Assembly: GCF_000143415.4 (NCBI RefSeq)
Contig: NW_003314322.1
Span: 1,190,067 to 1,254,066, forward strand
DNA: 64,000 nucleotides
Direction: 5' to 3'
From: Selaginella moellendorffii
Lineage: Eukaryota; Plantae; Lycopodiophyta
Below the pieces are notes generated by a model. It saw nothing but the letters and a program-made list of their open reading frames with translations. It searched no databases and was not told the DNA's origin. The position numbers were made by a program, and so were the translations under genes. Shown here piece by piece: positions 1 to 11,423 of this stretch (positions within the stretch are counted from its first letter, which is position 1; every line of letters begins with the position of its first letter).

Positions 1-1757
1 CAGCGGAGATGAACTACTCCACAACGGAGAAAGAGTGTTTAGCAGCAGTCTGGGGTTTCAAGAAACTTTATGCATATCTACATGGTTCTCAGATGTTACT
101 TGAAGGTGACCATGCTACTGTTACTTCATTATTGAAGCGGAAGAACCTGGTTGGTCGTACGGCTCGATGGGCTTTGAAGCTTCAGATATATGATTTCGAT
201 GTTGTTCATCGCCCAGGGAGTTCTATGGCTGATGCTGATGCCCTTTCTCGAGTTCCTCTTCCTTCTCCACTCACTTCTCATGTTTCTGACGAACCTGTTG
301 TTCCAGCATCTGTGGATTTTCTAGATGAGGATTCTGTGCCGTCAGCAGTTGCTGTCCTTGACGTTCAGTGTCCACAGGGTGCAGCGCAAGATCTACCTTC
401 TCTTGATGAGGTTCGCGAGGCTCAAAAGATTGAGCCGTGGATTCGAAGGCTTCGAGATGGGTTTGAGAATCCTGCATCACTTGCTGATGACTTGCCTTTC
501 CAGCATTTACATTCTCAATATCGCCTTGAAGATGGCCTTCTTTATTTTGTGGGGACGGATCCTGATGATCATTTACGTCTGGTGGTGCCTTCGGTGTTTA
601 TTCCGCAGTTTCTCCATGCCTACCATGATTCTCCTGTTCTAGGTGGGCATATGGGACACCGTCGTGTCACCGAGAAACTGCGCAGATCTTTCTATTGGCC
701 AGAGATGCGACGTGATATTATCCGGTATGTGCGTAGCTGCATTTGGTGCCAAGCTCGTAATACTCCCCCTTGTGCTGCGGAAGGACGGTTGGAGTCAATT
801 GCAGTTTCTCGTCCGTTTGAGTTGGTGGCGTTTGATCTTATGGGACCTTTTCCACAATCGACTGCTAGCAATGAGTATGTTATTATTGCTTCTGACTACT
901 TGATTCGTTGGGTGGAAGTTGGTGCTCTTGCTAGTGCCTCTGCAACTGCTGTGGGATACTTTCTCCTCAATCGAGTGGTGTTCCAGCATTCTTGTCCAGA
1001 GCGGATTCTTTCGGATAATGGTCCTGCATTTATGGCTGAGGTATTTCATGTTTTGACATCTCGGTTGGGGATACGCCACACTTTTACGAGTGCTTATCAT
1101 CCACAATCAGACGGTCTGGTGGAACGGCTCGTTCGGACATTCAAAGGGATGATTGCGAAGTATGTGAACTTTCAGCATTTGGATTGGGATGGTTATTTGC
1201 CGTCTCTTCAGTATGCCTATGTCACAGGGGTGCAGAGTTCTGTTGGTGCTTCACCATATAAACTTCTATATGGTCATGATCCAATATTACCAACAGAGCT
1301 GGGTTTACCTTCACGATTGCCACGAGCTCCTGATGCTAGGTCATGGGATCAATATTTGACAAGCATTCTTCCACTTGTCCGAGCAGAGTCTGCTAAACAC
1401 TTAGGCCGCGTACAAGTGGGACAACAACGGCGCTACAATTCCCATCATCGTCCACCTGCAGAGTATAAAGTGGATGATTTGGTGTTAGTCCGTTTTCCCC
1501 ATCTTACGGTACATGGTTTATCTAAGGGGCTCCTTGCGCAGTGGAAAGGACCGTATCGGGTGTTGCGGCAAGTTGGACCACAAGTTTATGAGGTTCGGCA
1601 TGACGTTCAGCAGGCCGATCCTCCGGAGATTGTGCATGTGCAGCGGTTAAAACGCTTCATACAAAGGGATCAGGAGCAGTTAATACCGTCGACAGATCCA
1701 CCGATGCCTCCTCTTGACGTTCCTCCAGATCCCGGCCCATCCACAAGAGAACCCTGA
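1..1757 (+). CDS. Ty3/gypsy pol, C-terminal part (RNase H + integrase); runs off the left edge of the window
   Basis: RNase H motif NYSTTEKECLAAVW, integrase zinc-binding H..GGH..C..C, catalytic core DLMGP/SDNG/GLVER, then WKGPY. RNase H before integrase is gypsy order. Confidence 0.95.
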   Translation, partial: AEMNYSTTEKECLAAVWGFKKLYAYLHGSQMLLEGDHATVTSLLKRKNLVGRTARWALKLQIYDFDVVHRPGSSMADADALSRVPLPSPLTSHVSDEPVVPASVDFLDEDSVPSAVAVLDVQCPQGAAQDLPSLDEVREAQKIEPWIRRLRDGFENPASLADDLPFQHLHSQYRLEDGLLYFVGTDPDDHLRLVVPSVFIPQFLHAYHDSPVLGGHMGHRRVTEKLRRSFYWPEMRRDIIRYVRSCIWCQARNTPPCAAEGRLESIAVSRPFELVAFDLMGPFPQSTASNEYVIIASDYLIRWVEVGALASASATAVGYFLLNRVVFQHSCPERILSDNGPAFMAEVFHVLTSRLGIRHTFTSAYHPQSDGLVERLVRTFKGMIAKYVNFQHLDWDGYLPSLQYAYVTGVQSSVGASPYKLLYGHDPILPTELGLPSRLPRAPDARSWDQYLTSILPLVRAESAKHLGRVQVGQQRRYNSHHRPPAEYKVDDLVLVRFPHLTVHGLSKGLLAQWKGPYRVLRQVGPQVYEVRHDVQQADPPEIVHVQRLKRFIQRDQEQLIPSTDPPMPPLDVPPDPGPSTREP

Positions 1758-1789
1758 CGGCCTTCCATTATTCCGAGAGGAGGGGATGA

Positions 1790-1963
1790 TGTGAGGGCCA
1801 AGTGTACGGCTACGATGCCGTATACTAATATTAGCGTAGTGGATTTTGGTAGCCGTCGGATTGGTTTCAATCCGGACCACTCGCTCCTGTATATAAGCTA
1901 GGGTTTTTGGGCTAATTGATATGCACATTTCTGTATTCCCTTTCCATATTCCATGCACTCACA
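1790..1963 (+). mobile_element. 3' LTR (174 bp) of the gypsy element
   Basis: Polypurine tract GAGAGGAGGGGATGA at 1775-1789, then TGTGAG...CTCACA inverted termini. Confidence 0.85.
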
Positions 1964-2255
1964 ATAGTAGTGTTATTCTTACTTATTAATCCAATTGATC
2001 AAATAAAATTTATAATTATAAACATGTTTGTAATTTATAAACACAAGATTAATTTTATTGCATATCATGATAGAATAAAAAATAATATACTAGAAAGGGT
2101 TTAAGAAATTTTATAAATTATAAACATGTAATAAATTATAAATACAAGTTAATCTAAATAAATGACAACCGTTAGATGGTAGAATATTCTAGAATATCCA
2201 AACATACTTTAGGTATAACCACTACTATTCTACATTAAGCAAACCAAAAAATAAA
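1964..2255. repeat. AT-rich MITE-like repeat copy into which the gypsy element appears inserted
   Basis: Aligns by eye to ~39000-39300 (tagtgttattcttacttatt...ttaagcaaaccaaaaa) and partly to 31130-31335. Confidence 0.65.
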
Positions 2256-2473
2256 GCATAAAATATCCACCCTTTCTCTTCCTCTGGAAAGTGTCCATTT
2301 TACTATAAATCCACACCAAAAGGAATTGATGGTAGCAATGAACCTTTGAGAAAAGTAACAAAATATATTACTGCACCCAGCTTCCTTTCTTCATACGTGC
2401 CTTTACGACTCCAAAGCCTGCTTGGGCAACCCCATCCACAAACGTATTGAACTTCACAGCACGAAGTTCACCT

Positions 2474-3640
2474 CTATGGTTGCAAGTCAGGCATTCTTCC
2501 GTTGTTCTCGATCCATTTGAGTGCCACTCGAACCCTACGCTGCTCATCATCACTGACGCAGCGTCCATAATGCAAGTGGCCATTGTCAATGAAGTTGTAA
2601 AACGCGCCATGATTTTGAACAAAAACCGTTTTGATAGTGGCCTCACCTATTCGGTGCTCCACGTAATCCCAGCCATTAGAAATCCCAAACTTTTCTTCAA
2701 ACTGCCCTTCATGGGCTCCGTTGAGGGAATCAATATCATCTGAGCTGAGCTTCATGAAGGGATTAAGCTCCCGAGCCTCGGGCTCCTCGAGAGCAGTCAA
2801 GTCGGGGTAAAAGTAGTCGGCACAGCATGTCCCAAACACCAAGACGCCCTCACCTTTGCGCACGTAGTAGAAGTTCCTCACAACCTGGTCACAAAGCCTT
2901 AGGCGTGGACTAATGGTGCACAAGAAGGTGGTGACGAAATCCCTGTGCGTGAACTTGGCAATTCTGCTGATCCAGAGCCTCGCGCACCCCACCATCACGT
3001 CCTTCATCGCCATCCACATCCGGTTCGCTGGATAGCTCAGCAGATCTAGGGCTATAATCCCAACCGAAGCAAACCGCGAAGCAACGCCATAGCCGTTGGC
3101 GTCAAGCATCAGCGGCAGGAGGGATAGCAGCCTCGTGAAATCCTTGTTGAGGAAGTGCTCCCGACTGCTCATCAAGAGGACGCGCTTGGTGAACGTCTCA
3201 ATGGTTGCTCCCTCTGCCATGAAGAGGTCAAATCCCTCGCCCCAGGCGAAGGCGTCTGCAATGCACAGCTGCGGGAGGAGGTGATCCACTTTGCTGCAGA
3301 TGAATTGGGTCCCGTGCCTTTTGAGAATGTAGCTGCTGCAGATGGCACTGTAATCAACGATATATGCGGTACCCCGCCTGCGCTGGAGGAAATGGGCGCT
3401 GTTGCCCAGACGGGTGTCGCTTGAATCCAGCTGATGCTCCACTGTCATGGGATACGTCCACTTCTGGCCCTGCACGACCAATCCGAATGTTGCAGTGGAG
3501 AACGGAGGGCCGAATATGGGATCTGTTAGCCACTTGAAGGTGTGGTAAATTAGAGCGGATGGGATCCTGAAAAACTTGGCCTCTCTGAGAAATTGCCACA
3601 CTGCATAGGAGAACTGGAGCCATAACCACACTGAAGCCAT
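2474..3640 (-). CDS. Hypothetical 388-aa protein, no recognisable domain
   Basis: Uninterrupted ATG-started ORF in GC-rich sequence; a ~50-bp piece recurs inverted at ~53739-53790. Confidence 0.5.
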   Translation of the reverse strand: MASVWLWLQFSYAVWQFLREAKFFRIPSALIYHTFKWLTDPIFGPPFSTATFGLVVQGQKWTYPMTVEHQLDSSDTRLGNSAHFLQRRRGTAYIVDYSAICSSYILKRHGTQFICSKVDHLLPQLCIADAFAWGEGFDLFMAEGATIETFTKRVLLMSSREHFLNKDFTRLLSLLPLMLDANGYGVASRFASVGIIALDLLSYPANRMWMAMKDVMVGCARLWISRIAKFTHRDFVTTFLCTISPRLRLCDQVVRNFYYVRKGEGVLVFGTCCADYFYPDLTALEEPEARELNPFMKLSSDDIDSLNGAHEGQFEEKFGISNGWDYVEHRIGEATIKTVFVQNHGAFYNFIDNGHLHYGRCVSDDEQRRVRVALKWIENNGRMPDLQP

Positions 3641-3687
3641 GTCTGTGATCTAGGAAACTTGTACATTAAGAGGAGATTAGAAGTCAA

Positions 3688-3726
3688 CTCTTACCCAGTT
3701 CTCCGGGTTCAAATCCCGGCAATGGA
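3688..3726 (+). pseudogene. 3'-half tRNA fragment, tRNA-Glu-like
   Basis: Perfect T-arm CCGGG-TTCAAAT-CCCGG followed by CAATGGA, resembling the plant tRNA-Glu 3' end as I recall it; no 5' half. Second copy at 53788-53821. Confidence 0.5.
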
Positions 3727-6253
3727 TGCAAGATTTTCCTTTTAGAGCAATTCTTTTCCATCTGATTCAATTCACTGCAGTTTCAATTAGTGTTCATGGA
3801 GTGGAACACCAACACTCGTGCATGAGTGCTGTGTGGATGTAAGAGCAACCTCAACAGCTTTGCAGCATGTCCAGGAGAGAACCTAATTTTCAGTACTGAT
3901 TTCCTTTGGAATTATTCAGAGATGAAGTAGTTTCACAACAAACATTTGGAAGTGCTTTGTTACAATGTTCGCACCTATGGTGAGAATATATAAAGATAGA
4001 GTAATGCACCATCTTTGTTAAAATGCAGAGAAACAGTCTGCCAGCTTTCGTTTGTATCATGAAGACATCTCATTATGCCTTGCTTAGTTATTTTCTTCCA
4101 CCACATAAGCGCTGAGATTTTCCATGATGTATATTTTAACATAGTGGATTGATATTGGAGTTAAAGGGGATGCCACTTATAGTTAAACGTTTCAACTGAC
4201 CCTTTTTGAGATACGGACAAGGAGTTGCTGGAACTTCGGCATTTCATCTGAGCTGTCTTGAAACACAAACCAAAGAGACTTTTTAAGTCTAGATTTTAGA
4301 AAAGAATCAACATGAATCCCCCACTAGATACAACAGTTTAGAAATCCTTTTTCACCAGCATCACCATCGGGTTTGCTTTCAGGGCCACCTCGCACAAAGA
4401 TCTTCTTCTTCTCGCGAGACATCACTTTGAAGTGTTTGTAAAGCAACTCTATCTCACTCAATAGCTTATATGGTGAGGACCATAGAACCTCCCTTTATTT
4501 CATCCACAGCTGATCAAGCTTAGCTACATCAAAAGTCAGCCCATTACATAACCCTAAACTTTAGCATCCCCGTCCTAGCGAAGACGCCCATTGCCCCAGG
4601 TATGCGGCTAGGAGGGCGGAATCAAGCACTGCCCGCGCGTCCTCGAGGCTCCCACACCGGATGTACATCTTCAGCACCTGGGCATGGAGATCAGAGCAAT
4701 GCGGCCCTGCGCCTCGGCGAGATTCGTGACGCTCGCCATTCTGGAGAGACTTCAATGCCGTCGGATCGCTCGGATCGCCTTTACACTTTTTCGTCCACCT
4801 GCACTCCTAACGAGGTCGATTTTGGGAAGTTGATACCGTAAAATTCTGAAGGTAGGATACGAGGCTGCGGAATCTTGCTCCTATGTTGTATTCACTCCTC
4901 TATTTTTCCTTGCACGAAGAAGCGCAAAGCCTCCCTTCAGTTGGCCAGCAGGAAGAGAGTGGAAGCGCTCTTGGGGGAACTCAAGGAGCTGAGCTACGAA
5001 AAGCTCAAGAGCAACAAGACATTGGAGCTCATTTGCCCGGACATATACGACAGGCAATGTTATTGGTACATTGGTCAGGTTTTCAGTGTGACGCTGCTGA
5101 AGTTCATCGTGGATCCGCCAATAAGGCTATCTGCAGTGGCAGAGGTGATGGCATGATCACGTACGTGATAGGGACTCCTAGTTTTGGCAAGAGCGTTAGC
5201 AACCACTGCGGTTGGTTATCTTTATTATAAGGCATCAAAGCTATGGAGATGGCTTAAACTCAACACACTCAGTGTGAGAAGACTCACGAAATGGAAGTTC
5301 AAATGGCTGATATATTGTTCTTCTTTTTGTTTTCTTCTGGGTGGAGTCTCGACTGGGGAAGAAAGAAGAAGAAAAGATGGTGAGTTTGTGCATTTATGCA
5401 AACTGGAATTCTATTGTGGAATGAAAAGTAATAATGCATTAAATCATTTTCCTTAAGCTTGCTATTAGAAGATTTAAATTGCAATACTGAACCTGAATTT
5501 CTTTTTATCTGTAGGAGTCCTGACCATGTTGATTTCACCAAGAACCAATATATGCTCCTGTGTGGGGAACGATTTGTGAAGGCCCCTTGCAAAGTGCTGC
5601 ATGAGGCGTTCATTTTGGCATACATCAAGGATCCTCAGGCTCTTGCGTCGCTTGAGGATTTTGAAAGCGAGGAAGATGTTGAAATGGTTCTATGGTTGAG
5701 GACTGAGACGGTGCACATAGTTGTGGACTATGCGAACTCGATGGTTTGCGATCGAAGTAAGGACTCTCAGAGCCTTTGGCCGCAAAGGTGAAGGCTTGGA
5801 AGTTTCTTCAGAATCTCCCTGGAAAACACACGAACGTTTGGGTGGTTGTTTCTGCATCGGAATACCGCCTGGGAACCGGAGGATTCAGTGTAACTCGGAA
5901 AATTTCCGAGTTTAAATTCAGTCCGGTTTTGTGTTTGTTTCTCGCTCTGCAGGAGGATGAAGCTGTCGCTTACTTGAAGCATACATCAGGCAAAACCGAA
6001 GAGGGGTGTCGATTACGTGCAAGGAGGATCCATCATTATACTGGCTGGGTGCCGGGGCTGCTTTCGCAATACCTGACGAAAAAATGCGTAGTCGAGCAGA
6101 CTAGGAGAAAAGGTGTTTCGGATGCTTTGCATTCGGACGACGAGGTTCTCACAGCTGTCACAGAAGGGCGTTTGAAATACGAGCTGTCAGACGCTTTGGA
6201 TTCTGGGTGCTACTTCTGAGGGCAAGATGGCAAGGGCCGCTGCATGGCAGCAC
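3690..6253 (+). repeat. Mosaic module, copy A (paralogous to ~53788-56523)
   Basis: Colinear high similarity to copy B, including near-identical ORFs 5459-5791/55832-56062 and 5776-6219/56047-56475. Confidence 0.9.
4575..4760 (-). pseudogene. PPR gene fragment related to 10322-11116
   Basis: GPHCSDLHAQVLKMYIRCGSLEDARAVLDS matches GPHCPDLQAQVLEMYVRCGSLEDARAVLDS; absent from module copy B. Confidence 0.8.
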
Positions 6254-9200
6254 CATCGCTTACGTAACACAGTGTGCGAGGGAGAAGCTGCTAAGTGGAT
6301 AGTACTTCACTGAGCCATTTGGCTGGAACGACTAGCGTATTGGGCTAAGGATGGACGTGATCATGGAGGTCATTATACTGGACGAGAAAGAGCTCACGAA
6401 GAAGAAACTATTGAGGGAATATTCGTGATTCCCTCTTAGGTCAAGTTGACCCATCATGTCTATTCATTCTCTCAATAGTCAATAAGAGAGATGCCCGGCA
6501 GGCCCCGGGCGTAGCGCCAGCAGCGGCTGGCATTCCCGAATATGGTATCGAAGCCCTGAGGGCTTCAAATCCTGGGATGATGGCGCTGCCTCTGTCAGCG
6601 TCTCAGGGCCGCTCTCTTCTCTTCAGACAGAATCCATCGATGCAGTTCAAATGAAGGACTTTGATGAAGATGAGCTGATCACAGCTTTCTTCAAGGGGCT
6701 TAGCAGACCAATGCAACTCGCAGGGTCGCATCATTTAAGTTCCAGTAACACTTTCAGATCGTAGCTGACCTCACAGCGTTGGAGGGTTTTCTCAAGTCAG
6801 GGCAAGCGAGCTCAAATGAGAAAGAATTGGCACTCTTCGCAGGAAAGGGGAAACGATTTGTCACAGTTGGGACAGACTAGGACCAATGAACGATCAGGGC
6901 GAGAGCAGCAAACCAGAAAAGTTCAAGAAGAAAAAGAAGAATGATCGCTGTAACTTTTGCAAGAAACCAAGGCACTGGGCACGAGATTGCACAGACGAAG
7001 AGGCCAAGAAAGCTAAGGAGGCTCGAAAAGCTGAGGCAAAGAGACTGGCAGCAAGAAAGAACAAGTCGGCCAACTTTGCCAGGACAGCAGAAAGTAGCGA
7101 GGAAGACAACCAGGAGGACGTGGACGACCATGGCAGCTTGTTCATGGCCACTAGCATCCAGCAGGTTGCGAAGAACACTCTTGGCACAGAAGCAGAAGTG
7201 GTGTACCTTGATTCTGGGGCAAACAAACACATGACACACCTCAGGAAATTTCCAGCAGGGAAATTGTCCAGGACGTATGTGACAAGAAATCTCCTGCCAC
7301 CGCCACAGTTTTCTCCCACGGAAGTAGCTGCGGATGACTCGGAAGAAAGTGACAACGAATGTCCAGTTACGGCACGCGCAATCGGCAGAGCTGAAGGAGC
7401 CGGTGAGGGGAATGGAAGCGGCGACCAGGATGATCCAGGCGGTGCAGAGAGCGTGGATGGTGCTGGAGGCGATCCAAATGGAGGTGAGGGCTTGCTCCCT
7501 GAAGCTGAAGGCTTGCCACTCGACACAGCAGGCGTTGGAACCAGTGGGAGCGCTAGCACAGCAAACCCAGTCGGCGGAGAAGAAGACCATGGTGGTGAGC
7601 GCACTGTTGGCAGGACCAGGGCTGAAAATAGTGAGGGCAATTTGAGACGTTCTGGCCGTGAGCGCGCACTCACAGAGGCTCGTCAATACAGGGAGCAGCT
7701 GGACATACGAGCAGCTAAGCGGGCTTCTCGGCAAGAAACCAAGGCTGCAAGAGACCGATCAGTGACAGTGCGAGACCTCTTACGATCCAGCCTTTTATTT
7801 TGCCAACTCTAGCATGGAGGAAGAAGGGGAGCAAGGCGAGAACCAGCTTCTCCTTCTCTTCAGCCATGGCCGAGCTGCACTTGTTCCGAAGACCATGGAA
7901 GATGCTCTTGCCGGACCTGATGCAGATCAGTGGCGCACTGCTCGTCAAGCTGAGTATAGCTCATTGATGGAGAACAAGACCTGGGATCTTGTGGAGCTGC
8001 CACCTGGGAGGAAGGTGATTAAGACCAAGTTCCTCTTGCGGCTCAAGACAGGACCTGATGGAGACACACGCTACAAAGTCAGATTTGTTGCGAGAGGATT
8101 CTCACAAGTCGAAGGAGTCGACTTCTATGAGACCTTTTCACCAGTGGTGAAGCTTGCATCAATTCGACTTCTCTACAACTTAGCAGCTCACGAAGACATG
8201 CACGTCGAGCACATGGATGTAACGACGGCGTTCCTGAATGGTGACTTGGAGGAGGAAGTCTACATTGAGCAACCAGCCGGATTTATTGCCAAAGGACGAG
8301 AGCACTTGGTGTGCAAGCTCAAGAAGGCCCTCTACGGCCTGAAGCAATCGCCTCGTGCCTGCAAGTGGGAGCTCTCCTGGTGCTGTTGGCTTTGTACGTG
8401 GACGACTGCTTGCTCCTCAGCAAAAGCAAGAAGCTGATTCATCAACTGAAGAAAGATCTCAGCTCGAGATTCAAGATGGTGGATCTTGGGAGCGTCAAGT
8501 ACTGTCTTGGCATCCAGATCTTCAGAGACAGGAGGAAGGGCACACTAGAAATGTCTCAGAAGAAATATATTGAAGAGCTCCTCCAGAAATTCAAGCTTAG
8601 TGACGTCAACTCTGCATCAACGCCAATGGAAGTTGGCATGCACCTCAGTAAGGACATGGCACCTCAGACGGAAGCACCGAAAGCAGTGATGGAGACGATC
8701 CCGTACAGGCAGATGTTCCTGGCAAATCCCGGCTTCCAACACTGGCAGGCAGTTAAGCGGGTGTTTCGTTACCTGAAGGGGACAGCCGATTATGTTTTCT
8801 GCTACACAAAACAAGAGCAGCCTCAACTCAAGCTGCAGGGATTCTTGGATGCAGACTGGGCAGGGGAAGTTGATCAGCGTAAATCAACTTCTGGCTACGT
8901 CTTCAGCCTGGGCAGCGCAGCAGTTACATGGAGCAGCCAGCCGTGGCTCTCTCGAGCACAGAGGCTGAGTATATCGGGATGACCCAAGCAGCGAAAGAAA
9001 TTCTTTGGCTCAGGACTCTGCTGAACGGTCTAAGCTACGAGCAAGGGGAGGCAACGGTTCTGCATTGCGACAATCAAGGAGCTATTGCCTTGACGAAGAA
9101 TCCAAGATTTCATCGCAGGACAAAACACATCCAGGTTCAGTTTCATTTTATTCGTGAACAGGTAGCGGTGAAGAAAGTGGAACTCGTCTACTGTGCTACC

Positions 9201-9637
9201 ACGGAGATGGTGGCAGATATATTCACGAAGGCACTTCCACCAGCAGTGTTCGCGCGACACGTACAAGCTCTGGGCGTGAAGAAAAGAAGTATCGCGAGCT
9301 CAACTTGAGTGGGAGTATTGAGGGAATATTCGTGATTCCCTCTTAGGTCAAGTTGACCCGTCGTGTCTGTTCATTCTCTCAATAGTCAATAAGAGAGACG
9401 CCCGGCAGGCCCCAGGCGTAGCGCCAGCAGCGGCTGGCATTCCCGAATAGAAGCTGCGAGAGGGGGGGAGATAAGGATCAGAAGTGTCAGATGTGTGAGC
9501 AGGGATTTTACCCTGGAAGCGTAACATTGAGATGTGATTTCTGTAGCCAGGCCTATCACAAGAACTGTGTTGGGGTTGAGGAGCCATGGCTCCTCCTGCA
9601 CCCCAGGGAGGAGCCATGGTTTTGTCTAGATTGCAGG
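5510..9637 (+). pseudogene. Degenerate gene (possible P-loop NTPase-like region plus C-terminal PHD finger) split by the Copia element
   Basis: Removing the Copia joins ..KKK|LREGGDKDQK to a full C4HC3 PHD finger CQMC..CDFC..H..C..WFCLDC (9485-9634). Upstream frameshifted ORFs contain VHIVVD, VVVSAS and HYTGWVPGLL. Confidence 0.5.
6409..9449 (+). mobile_element. Internally deleted Ty1/copia retrotransposon with 134-bp LTRs (6409-6542, 9316-9449)
   Basis: Two LTRs differing by 5 transitions; PBS TGGTATCGAAGC at 6543; PPT GAGTGGGAG at 9307; TSD GAAAC/GAAGC; gag knuckle CNFCKKPRHWARDC; protease YLDSGA; RT (MDVTTAFLNG, LYVDD); RNase H (DADWAG, CDNQGA, ADIFTK). Frameshifted, integrase missing. 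Confidence 0.95.
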
Positions 9638-10321
9638 ATGGAGATGGGGAATTGATGATGAAGAAGATCAAGTGATGGTGAAGAAGACAGTAAGATTGAC
9701 AATGATGTTTAAGTGTATCGAGACTTGAAAAATTTCTATATATCGTGAGCTCTGAGTATCTTGTTCTGGAAAATAAAAAGGATCAACCATCTCTCTAACG
9801 CGCTCTTCTACATTAATTTGTCATCCATTCTTCACGTCGGAGATGCCTAAAAGGATGTTGAGCAGCTCCACCTGATAATTCCTCCTTTGGTTTGAAGGAA
9901 TGAACATCACGCATGCCATATGCATCCAGCCTCAGATGCTCTGAAGGTGATCAATAAAGCCATCACCAAGTATATCTTTTGGGAACGAGAAGAGCTGGTC
10001 ATGAGCTCCCTGCAGCTCCCCTGCCGGGGTGTCGAACTTGGACTTCGACAGGCGAAGTCGAGCTCGATGTCCAACACACAAACACAAGTCCAAGAATATT
10101 TGCTACCTTGTGTGTACTTGATACACGCAGGAACATAGTGTTGCTTGCATTGCGTTGGTCTTCTAATCTCGCAGAGCTACGCGGATTATTGTGTGACCAC
10201 CACCATCTAGAAGCTATTCCAATTTCTCTAGTTCCTGTCCCATTCGAAAGCTCTAAAACGCGAAGACGGTCCCCGCCTTTGCAAGAGCTGCCCCCTCTCG
10301 GGCTCGGCTCTACCATCTTTC

Positions 10322-11116
10322 TCACTTCAGACTGCCAATTATCTTCATCGCTTCTTCTACGTGCCCAGGCAAGCAGTGCATGAGCGCGTCGTCGCCTTGC
10401 TTCATCTTGTTGGAGAGATCCGTGGCGTCGGACGCGTAGCCGTGCTCGGAGTAGGCCCCGATCATCGTCTGCCAGGAGCAATCGTCCCACAGCGGCATCC
10501 TGTCAAACACCTCCCTCCCTTCCAGCAGATACCCTTTCCTGGCAAAGATCTTCACCACCGTGTTCCACGACACCAGGTCGCGCTCCGGCATCTCCTCGAA
10601 GATCGCTTGCGCCTCCGCGACGCGGCCGTGGTGGACGTAGCCCGAGAGCAGCGCCGTCCAGGAGAAGACGCTGTGCTGCGGCATCCTAAAGAGGAGATCT
10701 CTCGCGCGATCAAAATGCCCGTACCGGGCATACGCCGAGACGAAGCTCGTCCATGGCTTGACGTCCAGGCCTCGGGCTCTCGCGAAGACGCCCATCGCCT
10801 CGTGGAAGTGGCCCTTGTCCAGATACGCGGCCAGGAGGGCATTGGAGGCGAGGCTGCCGTGGGAATCAAGCACCGCCCGCGCATCCTCGAGGCTCCCACA
10901 CCGGACGTACATCTCCAGCACCTGGGCCTGGAGATCAGGGCAATGCGGCCCCCTCCTGCCGACGCGATCCTGGAGCTCGCGCGCCTCGGCGAGATTCGTG
11001 ACGCTCGCCAGAGATTTCTGGAGAGATTTCAATGCCGCTGCCGAGGATTCCGCTAGAGAAGAAGAGGAGGAAGGATCGCTCGCAGCTACTGCATGGAGAG
11101 CCCGGCATAACCTCAT
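10322..11116 (-). CDS. Short PLS-class PPR protein (264 aa), possibly truncated
   Basis: Repeats MYVRCGSLEDARAV, SWTALLSGYVHHG, DLVSWNTVV; no E or DYW domain. Confidence 0.7.
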   Translation of the reverse strand: MRLCRALHAVAASDPSSSSSLAESSAAALKSLQKSLASVTNLAEARELQDRVGRRGPHCPDLQAQVLEMYVRCGSLEDARAVLDSHGSLASNALLAAYLDKGHFHEAMGVFARARGLDVKPWTSFVSAYARYGHFDRARDLLFRMPQHSVFSWTALLSGYVHHGRVAEAQAIFEEMPERDLVSWNTVVKIFARKGYLLEGREVFDRMPLWDDCSWQTMIGAYSEHGYASDATDLSNKMKQGDDALMHCLPGHVEEAMKIIGSLK

Positions 11117-11423
11117 TCGTGTTAGAACCCTACATTCGAGGAATATACACCATTTTCCACTTTTTTTCCTTCACCATTTTTTGTTTAGAACCCTAAGTAG
11201 ATTCCAATCCATACACAACTTTTTCGGCACTGTTTTTTACCTTTTCTCGACTCTTTTTTCACTTTTTCTGCGTTACATAACGACACATACACCTCCCCCT
11301 TTTCTCTCTAAAACGACGATGAAATTTCTTCCTTCTGGGACGAGAAAAGATGAAATTTCTTCCAAGCAATCAAATAGCTCAAATCTCTCTTCCTCTTTCC
11401 TATCGCCAAACCATCGCAAATCT

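Noticed and set aside
1600-1757. Chromodomain at the gypsy integrase C-terminus
   Set aside because: The tail is short and Pro-rich with no chromodomain motif.
3660-3730. Intact tRNA gene
   Set aside because: No acceptor 5' strand or D-arm upstream of the T-arm.
6877-7734. Minus-strand ORFs of 285 and 259 aa
   Set aside because: Antisense shadows of the Copia coding region.
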